Shown: piece after piece, positions 18,708-28,902 of the stretch
Numbering within the stretch: the stretch's first letter is position 1
Layout: each line of letters begins with the position of its first letter
Source of the DNA: an uncultured Actinomycetes bacterium
GTDB taxonomy: Bacteria > SZUA-79 > Acidulodesulfobacterales > Acidulodesulfobacteraceae
Direction of reading: 5' to 3'
Length of the DNA: 64,000 bases
Assembly (NCBI GenBank): GCA_964631685.1
Contig: CAZVZU010000008.1
Span: forward strand, 10,476 to 74,475
Translations under genes and position numbers: made by a program
The notes under the pieces: generated by a model
Told to the model about the DNA's origin: nothing
The model's input: the letters and a program-made list of their open reading frames with translations, nothing else
The model's database searches: none

Positions 18708-20444
18708 ATGAATACTAATGTCGGGAAGTGGGTCCCTGTTCTTCATTTTCATTTACCGTTTGTAAGGCACCCTGAGAGGCCTAAGTATTTAGAAGAAGAG
18801 TGGTATTTTGAAGCGGTTACAGAGACATACTTACCCCTATTGGAGGCTTTCGAGAATCTTGAACGGGACGGCGTTGATTATCATCTGACTATGTCCTTAA
18901 CCCCGACGCTTTTGAGTATGATGGACGACGAGTTGCTGTCCGAGCGGTTAAACGAATATGTTAGACTTCGCTTAAAGGTGTTAGATCAGGAGGTATATCG
19001 GACGGAGGGTGACCCCGATTTTCATCCGGTTACCCTTTTTTATAGGCAAAGATATAAAGATTGGCACGAAAGGATTAAAGATGGTGGAGGAAAGTATCTC
19101 ATAAATGAATTCTTAAAGCATAGAATGAGAGGGCATTTAGATATCATTACATCAGCTGCTACTCACGGATTTCTCATATCTATGGTTGGTGAACCGGAGG
19201 CCGTTGCCGCACAGATAGAGGTCGGGGTGGAAACGCATAAAAATATTCTAGGCGTGACCCCCACAGGGGTATGGCTTCCGGAGTGTGGCTATACTTCTGG
19301 ATTTGATGCTATTCTTGAGCGGTATGGTTTAAAATATACATTTTTAGATCGGCACGGAATAGAGTTGGCCGAGCCTGAACCGCCGGGTGGTTGTTTCACA
19401 CCTATTATTTCCCCTTTTAATGTAGTGATGTTTGGCAGAGATCCTGAAAGCTCTAGGCAAGTATGGTCGTCTAAAGAGGGATACCCCGGAACGCCCATTT
19501 ATCGTGAATTTTATAGGGATGTTGGTTTCGATTTAGACCTGCCTCATTTGACCCCATTAAGACACGGTGATATCAAGACATTTACCGGCCTAAAATACTA
19601 TGCTATCACCGGCGACGGGGAATATAAAGAGGCTTATAGGCCATCAGCCGCAAAAAGGAAGGCGTACGAACATGGCGAACAATTCGTTCAACATAGGGAA
19701 CTTCAAGTACGCCACCTTAAAGATTGCATGAATGAACCGATCGTCGTTTCTATGTATGATGCCGAACTGTTTGGACATTGGTGGTTCGAAGGTCCGTGGT
19801 GGCTTGAGGCTGTCTTTAGAAAGATGCATAAAAATGATTTAATAAAAACTGTTACAGCCAAGAATATTGCGGAATCCTTATTAGCAAAATATCACAGTAT
19901 AGTAAATACGGGCAAGAAAGGTCAGGATAATAATAGTAAAAGTATGGGTTCTTCAATATTTTCTTTAAATGCTTACTATAAAGACAATAATATTTGGATT
20001 GCGGAGCCTGCAACATCGTCGTGGGGTGGTGGTGGCTACGCGGAGGTCTGGTTTAATGAAAAAAATGACATTATTCAGCTTTTTTTGTCGGATTTAGCGG
20101 CAGAGTTAGTGGATATTTGCACAAACAGATATGATGAAGTAAAATACCGGGACGTTATTAATCAGGCGGCAAGGGAGCTTCTTTTGGCAGAGTCGAGCGA
20201 TTGGCCGTTTTTGCTTACTACAGGACAGGCCGTAAGTTATGCTGAAAGACGGGTCAAGGCTCACATCGTAAGGGCTAAAAGATGTATCTTAATGTCCACA
20301 GGAAAGGAACGATATGACGACGAGTGGTTTAGAGATATAGCATATAAAGACAATATATTTCCGTGGATAGACGCCAAAGCACTGTACGGTAAGAATGTTT
20401 GTCAGTCTAACAAGAAAATTATGGAGAAGCCTAAAATTAGATGA
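18708..20444 (+). CDS. GH57 1,4-alpha-glucan branching enzyme (DUF1957 type)
   Basis: HFHLPFV, ETYLP, WLPEC nucleophile, YDAELFGHWWFEG acid/base, SSDWPF. Confidence 0.9.
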   Translation: MNTNVGKWVPVLHFHLPFVRHPERPKYLEEEWYFEAVTETYLPLLEAFENLERDGVDYHLTMSLTPTLLSMMDDELLSERLNEYVRLRLKVLDQEVYRTEGDPDFHPVTLFYRQRYKDWHERIKDGGGKYLINEFLKHRMRGHLDIITSAATHGFLISMVGEPEAVAAQIEVGVETHKNILGVTPTGVWLPECGYTSGFDAILERYGLKYTFLDRHGIELAEPEPPGGCFTPIISPFNVVMFGRDPESSRQVWSSKEGYPGTPIYREFYRDVGFDLDLPHLTPLRHGDIKTFTGLKYYAITGDGEYKEAYRPSAAKRKAYEHGEQFVQHRELQVRHLKDCMNEPIVVSMYDAELFGHWWFEGPWWLEAVFRKMHKNDLIKTVTAKNIAESLLAKYHSIVNTGKKGQDNNSKSMGSSIFSLNAYYKDNNIWIAEPATSSWGGGGYAEVWFNEKNDIIQLFLSDLAAELVDICTNRYDEVKYRDVINQAARELLLAESSDWPFLLTTGQAVSYAERRVKAHIVRAKRCILMSTGKERYDDEWFRDIAYKDNIFPWIDAKALYGKNVCQSNKKIMEKPKIR

Positions 20445-22258
20445 ATCTGGTTTTGTGGTGGCATATGCATCAGCCTGACTATAGGGATTTGAACGGTGAG
20501 TTTATGCTGCCGTGGGTCTATCTCCACGCCATAAAGGACTATATCGATATGCCGTTAAATATAATGGCGAATCCCGGCATGAAGGCCAACATAAATATTA
20601 CCCCCATTTTAATAGAACAATGGCAGGATTATAATTTTTTATTGGGACGGGCATTAGGTGAGATTGATACAGCTAAGGCCGTTCAAATAATACCAGATCC
20701 GTTTTTAAGGCCTCTACTTCTGCAAAAGTTGGACGATAAAACAAAAACTGACATGCTAATTCACTATAAATGGGCTAATTATGAGAAAATGGTAAAACGT
20801 TTTGAGTATTACAAAAAACTTTTCGATATAATATCGGAAGATTTTAATATGTTTTATCTCAACGATTCTTATTATTTTGATTTATGCGTCTGGTTTCATC
20901 TTGCTTGGTGCGGAGAATGGATGAAGAGATATGATCCTGTAATTGGTTATTTTTTAAAGAAGGGTCGTAATTTTACGATAGATGATAGGCGCTTGCTTCT
21001 TGAAAGATTATCCGAATGGATGAAGTATGGTCTGACTTTATATGGATTTCCTGCTGTCAAAGGTAAAAGTAATCCCCCTCTGTCTCCAAGATATCCAAGT
21101 TTTATAGCAAAAAAGAAATTAGGCGAATTAAATAGAAAAGAAAAAGGGGAATATAGGGTAACGCTTTCCCCGCATTATCATCCGATTATTCCGCTCCTTA
21201 TTGATATTCATGGGGGCGCCGTTTCCGCCCAGATGACGAACATAGATTATAAACCTGTTAATGTTTCAGAATATCCTAGGGGGGTAGACGGCGCCAAAAA
21301 ACATCTTGATATATTAAACAATTATCGGTCAGAGTTAAACAAAAACATTAATGTATTATGGCCGCCTGAGGGGGCATTGTCTTCGCAGGCACTTGATCTT
21401 TTTGATGAATACGGCATATGTGTTTGTGCAAGCGGAGAAGAGCTTCTTTCCTTGTCTTCCGGTATGGATGTGCATAAACCGGTTTCTATTCAAGGAAGAA
21501 ATGCTGTACCGTTGTATAGGGTTTATAAATGGAAGAATACGAGCCTTAAAATAATTTTTAGGGATTCTATGCTGTCTGATTTAATAGGGTTTACTTATGC
21601 CGAATGGAGAGGAGATGATGCAGCGGCCGACTTGATAGGCAGGCTGAGTTCGGTGGACGACTTCGATAAAGATGCGGTTGTGGCAGTCATATTAGATGGT
21701 GAGAATGCTTGGGAATATTACCATGAAAACGGTTTTTATTTTTTAAATGATTTATATTCTCTGGTATCGGCCCATGTAAAAATTAATCCACTATTTCTAG
21801 AAGACATTGATAAAAATTATGATGAGAGTAATTGCATCAAGCTTGACTACGTTTATTCGGGTTCCTGGGTGAAAGGAAATTTAGGCATGTGGGTCGGAGA
21901 GGAGCAAAAAAACAAGGCATGGGTCATGTTACGCCGTGTGAAAGAAGAATTTTTAAACTGGGTTGATGTCTTAATGCTTGATGATAAAAATGCGAACAAT
22001 AAGTCGATTAAGACAAAAATAGACCTTGCGTTAAAACAGCTTATGGCGGCGGAGGGATCAGACTGGTTTTGGTGGTTGGGAAAGGATAGCCCTATTTTTT
22101 CCCAGTTCTCTATGGAAAAGATTTTCAGAAACTTTTTAAAAAATACCTATATCTTAATGGATAAGAGCGTGCCGGACTATCTTTTTCAAACCCTTATTTC
22201 CACTAAAAAAACCAATGTGGAGATGGGCGGAATGATGCAGCGCGGGCATGAGAAGTAA
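20441..22258 (+). CDS. GH57 amylopullulanase-like glycoside hydrolase
   Basis: WHMHQP, HPIIPL, WPPEG, LDGENAWE, AEGSDWFWW. Confidence 0.87.
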   Translation: MNLVLWWHMHQPDYRDLNGEFMLPWVYLHAIKDYIDMPLNIMANPGMKANINITPILIEQWQDYNFLLGRALGEIDTAKAVQIIPDPFLRPLLLQKLDDKTKTDMLIHYKWANYEKMVKRFEYYKKLFDIISEDFNMFYLNDSYYFDLCVWFHLAWCGEWMKRYDPVIGYFLKKGRNFTIDDRRLLLERLSEWMKYGLTLYGFPAVKGKSNPPLSPRYPSFIAKKKLGELNRKEKGEYRVTLSPHYHPIIPLLIDIHGGAVSAQMTNIDYKPVNVSEYPRGVDGAKKHLDILNNYRSELNKNINVLWPPEGALSSQALDLFDEYGICVCASGEELLSLSSGMDVHKPVSIQGRNAVPLYRVYKWKNTSLKIIFRDSMLSDLIGFTYAEWRGDDAAADLIGRLSSVDDFDKDAVVAVILDGENAWEYYHENGFYFLNDLYSLVSAHVKINPLFLEDIDKNYDESNCIKLDYVYSGSWVKGNLGMWVGEEQKNKAWVMLRRVKEEFLNWVDVLMLDDKNANNKSIKTKIDLALKQLMAAEGSDWFWWLGKDSPIFSQFSMEKIFRNFLKNTYILMDKSVPDYLFQTLISTKKTNVEMGGMMQRGHEK

Positions 22259-22264
22259 CTTGCT

Positions 22265-24382
22265 ATGACTAATTTTATTCTAGGCTTCCATTGTCATCAA
22301 CCCATTGGAAATTTTGATTCTGTCTTTAAAGATGTTCACGAAAAATCTTACAGTCTGCTTATCAGGACACTTTCGGCATCAAATATAAAGTTTTGTTTTC
22401 ATGCATCCGGGGTATTACTCGAGTGGTGGACAAAAAATGACCCTGAATTCATAGATATAATAGCAAAAGGGGTGAAATCAGGTCAAATAGAGCTAATTGG
22501 AGGTGGGTATTATGAACCCGTACTTGCTTCTATACCGAAAAGAGATAGATTGTCCCAACTTAAAATGCTTAATGAAAGTTTATACGAGTTGTTTGGAAAA
22601 TACCCTAAGGGGGTGTGGATTACCGAAAGGATATGGCAGCCGGATATAATCTGTGATATAAGGGATGCGGGTTTAAACTATACTTTTCTTGATGATTTTC
22701 AGTTTTTTCAAGCAGGCATTTCTGGTGACGATATAGACAATATTTTTAGAACGGAATATGACGGAACATATTTAGATATTTTTCCGATACATGAAAGATT
22801 GAGGTATAAAATCCCCTTTGCCGAATCGGACGAATCATTAAATGAAATTGCATATTTAAACGGACGGAATTCAAACCTTTCGGTGATGTTTGACGATGGG
22901 GAAAAAATGGGGGCATGGCCGGATACATATCAGTGGGTTTACGGTAAAGATGGTAGCGAAGGATGGTTGAGAAATTTTATAAATTCAGCAAACATTAATT
23001 TTTCGCAGATAAAATTTGAACTTCCTTCAGATATTCTAAATAAAACACACAGGAGAATTCCCGTATATTTGCCTATCTCAAGCTACAGAGAGATGGGAGA
23101 GTGGACATTGCCCATAGAAAAAAGGCGTAACTATGAGGCTATAAAACAGGACAATTCTGCGATGTCATTAGGTGAGGGTATATGGCATAATTTTCTAACA
23201 AGATATCCCGAAGCAAATTTGCTCCATAAAAGAATGATGTACTTGAGCCGCAAAATTCATTGTGCCGTTAAAAAAATATGCAGTAAAGACCTTGAAGAGG
23301 CGCTAAATGAGCTTTTAAAATCGCAGGCTAATGATGCGTACTGGCATGGTGTTTTTGGCGGGATTTACCTTCCCCATATAAGAAGGGCTGTCCATAAAGC
23401 GCTTATTTTATCGTACTTGCTGTATAAGGAAAAGACTAAGTGCGGTACGGAAATAGAAAGTAAAGATTTTAACATGGACGGGGAGAATGAGATTCAAATA
23501 TCCAATAAGTACTGGCTTGTCATATATAAACCTTCTGCCGGTTCTTTTTTAGCATTAGACTATCTTGAAAGGGGCTTAGTCCATGCTCTGGGAGATGTTT
23601 TTTGTCTTCATAATGAGTATGATATCTTAAAACTCAAGGAGGCCGGTTGTGACAAAGGTGATATTGAGGTTAATACCGATAACAACAATGGTAAAGATCA
23701 TTATGAAAATCCGCCCCAAACGATTCACGGGAATGTAAAATATCTACCAGATCTATCGGAAAAAGACTTGATAATCTATCCGGATTTACTGCCGGCGTTT
23801 GAAATAAAATTTAACGGAAGTCAGCTATATTTTAAAAATGAGTATATTGAAAAAAATATGGACGCCGTCACACTTAAGTCGTTAGGTTTTATAAATATTG
23901 CAGATATGAGTGATAATATTTCTGCAAACCTGAATATGAAGATAAAGATGAATAGATATATAGGGTTTTTTGTGGATTTTTCTCCCATGATTGACGGAAA
24001 TTTGGATATAATTATGCGGTTTGCGTTTCCAGGCGGTAACGGACCCGCCGTGAATATTAAAATAGGTGAAACCGTTAGGGGGCTGAGCGATTATTCTGAG
24101 GATGAATTAAATTTTAGCGATCTTAATTTAGCGTGTCTTACTGATTCATTTTGGGGCGGAAGGGTCATGCTTAAGGTCAAAGCGCGTAGCAATTTCTCTA
24201 AAACTTATAATCTTATTTCTAAACCTTTGACTACAGTTTCTTTATCGGAAAGCGGATTTGAAAGAATTTTTCAGGGTATAGAGCTTAGATACAGCTTTAA
24301 TTTGGTTGCGAAAGATGTTTTTAATAGTATAATAGTAATGGATATAAGGAAGTTATATAAAAGATTAGGAATGGCCGAGTGA
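22265..24382 (+). CDS. GH57 4-alpha-glucanotransferase/alpha-amylase
   Basis: HCHQP, GGYYEP, WITERIW, DDGEK, NDAYWHGVFGG, SESGFERIFQG. Confidence 0.88.
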   Translation: MTNFILGFHCHQPIGNFDSVFKDVHEKSYSLLIRTLSASNIKFCFHASGVLLEWWTKNDPEFIDIIAKGVKSGQIELIGGGYYEPVLASIPKRDRLSQLKMLNESLYELFGKYPKGVWITERIWQPDIICDIRDAGLNYTFLDDFQFFQAGISGDDIDNIFRTEYDGTYLDIFPIHERLRYKIPFAESDESLNEIAYLNGRNSNLSVMFDDGEKMGAWPDTYQWVYGKDGSEGWLRNFINSANINFSQIKFELPSDILNKTHRRIPVYLPISSYREMGEWTLPIEKRRNYEAIKQDNSAMSLGEGIWHNFLTRYPEANLLHKRMMYLSRKIHCAVKKICSKDLEEALNELLKSQANDAYWHGVFGGIYLPHIRRAVHKALILSYLLYKEKTKCGTEIESKDFNMDGENEIQISNKYWLVIYKPSAGSFLALDYLERGLVHALGDVFCLHNEYDILKLKEAGCDKGDIEVNTDNNNGKDHYENPPQTIHGNVKYLPDLSEKDLIIYPDLLPAFEIKFNGSQLYFKNEYIEKNMDAVTLKSLGFINIADMSDNISANLNMKIKMNRYIGFFVDFSPMIDGNLDIIMRFAFPGGNGPAVNIKIGETVRGLSDYSEDELNFSDLNLACLTDSFWGGRVMLKVKARSNFSKTYNLISKPLTTVSLSESGFERIFQGIELRYSFNLVAKDVFNSIIVMDIRKLYKRLGMAE

Positions 24383-24511
24383 CTAGGGTTTTCTGTCGGC
24401 TGTGAGTGCGTTTTTTCCGGAAAAATATTTCAAGATATGTTAATGCTTCACGATTATACCTATAATTAATTTAATCCTCTTCTTTTGATTTAGAAGTATG
24501 AGATATAGGAA

Positions 24512-26101
24512 ATGAATGTTTTTAATAACGAAGTATGGTTTGTAGGTGCGGAAATGGCACCCCTAGTAAAGGCAGGCGGGCTAGGCGACGTGATGGGCAG
24601 TCTGCCCAGGGTTATGCTAGAAGCTGGCATGCGCGTAAGGGTTGTTATACCGTATTACAAAAATATAATTCCACAAAATTTTATAAAGATTAAAAAAAGC
24701 TACCCTGCAGGAAAGACCTTTTTTGGAGAGATTCCTTTTGAATTCGGTATTAAGACGGGTGTTACGCGCAGCGGTATCCCCTTGGTACTAATTGAACAGG
24801 ATCATTTTTTTAATCGACAAGAGGTTTACGGTCCCCACGGAGGGGTCCGTGGTTACAGGGATAATTTATGGCGCTTTGCCATGCTTGCGCATGGGGTTGC
24901 ATATGCAATGAAAGTTTTGGGTAGTCCGCTAATAGTCCATACGCACGATTGGTCGGGCGGTTTTGTCCCCGCCGTTATAAAGCAAATATTCGGCGACAAA
25001 AAGGTTCAATTTTCCGGCGGTAATATATTAGATTTGAGGGCGCATAACCGTGTTAATGCCGAAGGCTCAAGGCCTGCGGTGGTATTTACAATTCACAATC
25101 TTGGATATCAAGGGGTTTACGGGATAGACGATTTTTTTGATATCGGATTAGATTTTATATACAACTCTTCCTCTGCTTACGAGCATTTCGGAACACTAAA
25201 TAGCTTAAAAGGGGGCATGTTGCTCAGCGATACTGTTACGACCGTCAGCCCTGCATATGCCAGCGAGATAATGACCCCCCGCTTTGGGTTTGGGCTTGAC
25301 GGTGAATTAAAAAATATGTATAACAGAGGCAGGCTAAAGGGTATACTTAATGGCATAGATTTAGATTATTGGAATCCGAAAACAGACAAATTCATTTACT
25401 ATAATTTAAATTTAAGAGAAAGCGGCTATAAGCTGGTCAATTATAAAGAATGGAAAGATTTTAAGCTTAAAAATAGAAGAGGATTGTCTGCAGATGTTAA
25501 CTTACCCGTAAAAATTGGGGAAAACGGCAAACCTCTTCCTCTTTTGGGTGTTGTAAGCAGGCTTGCCGAAGAAAAAGGCATAGATCTTTTATTGGATAGC
25601 CTTTTTAATTGGCATGATTTCCCTTTTCAGGTTATTATATTAGGGAGCGGTAAAACTGACATCGAAAGCAAAGCGATGTCTCTATCGGGTGCTTATCGAG
25701 ATAAGGTTTATGTCCAGGTCGGTAAATATGATGAAACTATGGCGCATAAGATATATGCGGCATCAGATATTTTTGTTATGCCGTCAAGAACCGAGCCTTG
25801 CGGATTGTCGCAGATGATAGCGATGAGGTATGGCGCCGTCGTCTTAGCCGGAGATACTGGCGGCCTCCATGATACGGTTTCGGACGTGATGGATACAAGT
25901 GCTAAAGAACCGTCTGGTATCCTTATTAAGTATTTGGACACGAACGCTGTTTCTTGGGCACTCAATGAATTGTATAATATCTACATGGATACGCATAGTG
26001 AAAATTGGAATAAATTGGTCATCAATGCTGCCAATAAGCATTTTGGATGGGATACTTCAGTCAAGGCATATGAAAATATTTACTGCAATATTATTAAGTA
26101 G
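24512..26101 (+). CDS. glgA: glycogen synthase (GT5)
   Basis: KAGGLGDV, HTHDW, TIHNLGYQG, GILNGID, PSRTEPCGLSQM. Confidence 0.94.
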   Translation: MNVFNNEVWFVGAEMAPLVKAGGLGDVMGSLPRVMLEAGMRVRVVIPYYKNIIPQNFIKIKKSYPAGKTFFGEIPFEFGIKTGVTRSGIPLVLIEQDHFFNRQEVYGPHGGVRGYRDNLWRFAMLAHGVAYAMKVLGSPLIVHTHDWSGGFVPAVIKQIFGDKKVQFSGGNILDLRAHNRVNAEGSRPAVVFTIHNLGYQGVYGIDDFFDIGLDFIYNSSSAYEHFGTLNSLKGGMLLSDTVTTVSPAYASEIMTPRFGFGLDGELKNMYNRGRLKGILNGIDLDYWNPKTDKFIYYNLNLRESGYKLVNYKEWKDFKLKNRRGLSADVNLPVKIGENGKPLPLLGVVSRLAEEKGIDLLLDSLFNWHDFPFQVIILGSGKTDIESKAMSLSGAYRDKVYVQVGKYDETMAHKIYAASDIFVMPSRTEPCGLSQMIAMRYGAVVLAGDTGGLHDTVSDVMDTSAKEPSGILIKYLDTNAVSWALNELYNIYMDTHSENWNKLVINAANKHFGWDTSVKAYENIYCNIIK

Positions 26102-26113
26102 GGTAATGTCGGA

Positions 26114-27526
26114 TTGAATCTACTAGCATATATTAAAATTGTTACGATAGCGTTATCGGTTCTTATTCTATTAGTACTGTCTGTAAAAAAGCCTGAGTTG
26201 AGTGATTTCTTTGAAAAAGCCGGACTTTTCAGTATATTTATATTTGTTCTTTTTATACCAATTAGGGATGCTTTTGCCATTTTCGGCATGATTGGGACTA
26301 TACTCTTCTTTATTGCGTATAAAATAGCTAAGAGAGACAAAGTTGTCCTAAAAACAGGTTTTAATGTACCCATTTTAATATATGCGGGTATCGTAGTAGC
26401 ATCATTGTTCTGGACATACAGTATTAATGATAGTATTGTACAAGCTGGTGAGGTAGTCTATTTTGTTTTATTCTTTTTTTCAGTGGTAGGTTTTTTGAAA
26501 ACAAAAAAGAGGATAAACTTTATGGTCTATACCTTTACATGTTCAATAAGTATTGCAATAGTTTACGGTCTTTTTCAGGGTTTTTTTATAAACGCGATGC
26601 ATTCGTCAAACAGATTGTCGGGGACTATAGGCAATTGGACCAGCTTTCCGGTGCAGGTATCTTACGGTATGGTGGTTATAATAGCTTACTATCTTGTAAA
26701 TTTTGAGAAACAGGGTGGCGGTAGATACGGGGGTTCGGTTAAGAGGGCTACCTTGTCCGTGATATATACCGCGTTGTGGATTATTGTTACTGCGGGATTT
26801 TTAGATATCGTGTTATCGAAGGCAAGGTCCGCATGGATAGGCGTTATACCTGCAGTTTTTGTATTAATGTATTTGAAATCCAAAAAACTATTCTTGGTAG
26901 CATTGGTATTAATCTTGGTCTTGAATATGGGATTTTTTTCCGTTTCCAAAACATTTAAAAATAGAATGCTTTCTATGTTTAATCCTAGAATTTATAAATT
27001 AGAATTGAAAAATCATGGTGATATTGAAAGTCATATTGCACTAATAGAGTCCGCATGGGCGGTATTTAATAAATTTCCACTGACAGGCGTGGGAATTGGA
27101 GCATTTTCCAAGTATTTTAATGAACATAAAGATGTACGCTTCCCGTGGTATCATAATCCCAAAACGGGTAAAGAAATTTATGATCTATACGATAATTGGC
27201 CGGAGAACGGTTACATGCAAACCTTAGCGGAGACGGGGATATTTAGCTTTATTGTTTTAATGTGGCTTTTTTATCTTGCGCTAAAGAAACCCCTTAAGCT
27301 TTTTTTAGGCACAGATGATAAATTTAAGCGAAAGATAGCTGCAATAACACTAGGCGTGAGCATCGTTTTTTATGGCTCTTTTATGGGGGTTGCCAATATG
27401 TCAAATGACGAGCTTGCCAATCTTTGGTTTTTTTTCTTAGCCTTATTTGCGGCGGCGAGTTTGTTGCCTTCTTCCATATCAAAAAAAAATATTCAGAATA
27501 AGGACAATGCTATCACAAAGAAATAA
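26114..27526 (+). CDS. O-antigen ligase/Wzy_C family membrane protein
   Basis: Many TM helices; R..GT.GN, ARSAW, PLTGVGIG, NxYxQxLAETG motifs. Confidence 0.8.
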   Translation: MNLLAYIKIVTIALSVLILLVLSVKKPELSDFFEKAGLFSIFIFVLFIPIRDAFAIFGMIGTILFFIAYKIAKRDKVVLKTGFNVPILIYAGIVVASLFWTYSINDSIVQAGEVVYFVLFFFSVVGFLKTKKRINFMVYTFTCSISIAIVYGLFQGFFINAMHSSNRLSGTIGNWTSFPVQVSYGMVVIIAYYLVNFEKQGGGRYGGSVKRATLSVIYTALWIIVTAGFLDIVLSKARSAWIGVIPAVFVLMYLKSKKLFLVALVLILVLNMGFFSVSKTFKNRMLSMFNPRIYKLELKNHGDIESHIALIESAWAVFNKFPLTGVGIGAFSKYFNEHKDVRFPWYHNPKTGKEIYDLYDNWPENGYMQTLAETGIFSFIVLMWLFYLALKKPLKLFLGTDDKFKRKIAAITLGVSIVFYGSFMGVANMSNDELANLWFFFLALFAAASLLPSSISKKNIQNKDNAITKK

Positions 27527-28901
27527 AATTATTGCGCAGTATTTATATATTTTAAGCCTTATTTTTATCTGCACCGGCTTTTTTATTGCGTTTGCAACCT
27601 ATGATATGATGAGTCCTGCAATTACAGGCCATAGGTTGTACGGTATTGCAGACTATATCTGGCTTTTGATCCCCGTAAGCATTATTTTTTACATTCTTCT
27701 TTTCGCGTTTCAAATGTACGCGAACCTTAATATTAAGGATTTTAAGGCTGATGTTGTACAGTTTTTTGAAATAACGCTCATAACAGTCTTCCTGCTCTTT
27801 GCCATCTTATTTATGTTCAGAATAACATATATTTCAAGGCTTTTTGTGGGATATTTTGCGGTTTATTCATTTTTATCGCTTATATTGGCGGATTTTATAG
27901 GGGGAAAATTTACCAAGGGACTTAAAAGACGCGGCTACTCCATGAGGAATATTCTTCTTGTGAACGGTAGCGCCGTCAATACAAGCGTAATAGGCAATGT
28001 TGGCATCAAGGAAACCATTAAATCTAAAGAATATCTTGGGATAAAATTGATCAAAGAAATAGATAAAGACGATTTGGGTAATCTGGAGAATTTTGTCCTA
28101 AATAATCCAATAGATGAGGTGATATTTAATATTACAGGGGATGAGCTGGCTGATATAAAGGATATAGCACTCTTTCTGGAAGAAAAGGGCATAACGGTTA
28201 GAATATTGACTAATTTTGTTCCTTTTAAATATTCAAAGGTTTCTTTGGAAAGATTGGGCGATTATTCTTTTATCTCGTTTTATACATCTCCGGAGGACGA
28301 TATAAGACTATTTACAAAAAGGATGGTTGATATATTCGGTTCTTTGGTCGCAATGATTGTATTTATGATACCGTCTATAGTTATAGCTATTTTGATTAAA
28401 TTGACATCAAAAGGGCATGTCTTATATAAAAGCAAACGCGTTGGGAAAAACGGAAGACTTTTTACATTTTATAAGTTTAGAACAATGAATGTTGGCAGTG
28501 ATGGGTTGCGGGAAAAGTTGTTGCGGGAACGCAGCAGGGATGGTATAGAAATAAAGCTTAAAGATGACCCGAGGTTAACGGCGATAGGGAAGTTTATGCG
28601 AAAAGCAAGCATTGACGAGCTTCCCCAGTTTTATAATGTTTTAAGGGGCGACATGAGTATTGTTGGTCCTCGTCCACCGATGCCCGACGAGGTTGTGAAA
28701 TATTCGACAAAACAGAGGAGAAGAATTTCTATGAAGCCCGGTATTACGTGCCTATGGCAGATTAGTGGGAGAAGCAGGCTTACGTTTGACGATAGAGTGA
28801 AATTAGACTTAAAATATATAGACAATTGGTCGTTAAAACTTGATTTTATAATTATTTTAAAAACGGTGCCCGCCGTTTTGTTTGCAAAAGGGGCATTATA
28901 A
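27507..28901 (+). CDS. polyprenyl glycosylphosphotransferase (WcaJ/WbaP-type priming transferase)
   Basis: KRMVDIFGS, YKFRTM, DPRLT, DELPQ, GDMSIVGPRP, PGITCLWQ; ATG 27507 after AAGGA. Confidence 0.92.
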   Translation: MLSQRNKIIAQYLYILSLIFICTGFFIAFATYDMMSPAITGHRLYGIADYIWLLIPVSIIFYILLFAFQMYANLNIKDFKADVVQFFEITLITVFLLFAILFMFRITYISRLFVGYFAVYSFLSLILADFIGGKFTKGLKRRGYSMRNILLVNGSAVNTSVIGNVGIKETIKSKEYLGIKLIKEIDKDDLGNLENFVLNNPIDEVIFNITGDELADIKDIALFLEEKGITVRILTNFVPFKYSKVSLERLGDYSFISFYTSPEDDIRLFTKRMVDIFGSLVAMIVFMIPSIVIAILIKLTSKGHVLYKSKRVGKNGRLFTFYKFRTMNVGSDGLREKLLRERSRDGIEIKLKDDPRLTAIGKFMRKASIDELPQFYNVLRGDMSIVGPRPPMPDEVVKYSTKQRRRISMKPGITCLWQISGRSRLTFDDRVKLDLKYIDNWSLKLDFIIILKTVPAVLFAKGAL

Positions 28902-28902
28902 A

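Noticed and set aside
24374..24416. Possible terminator (GCCGA...TCGGC then T-run) before glgA
   Set aside because: Only a 5-bp stem with a long loop, and the U-tract is not adjacent
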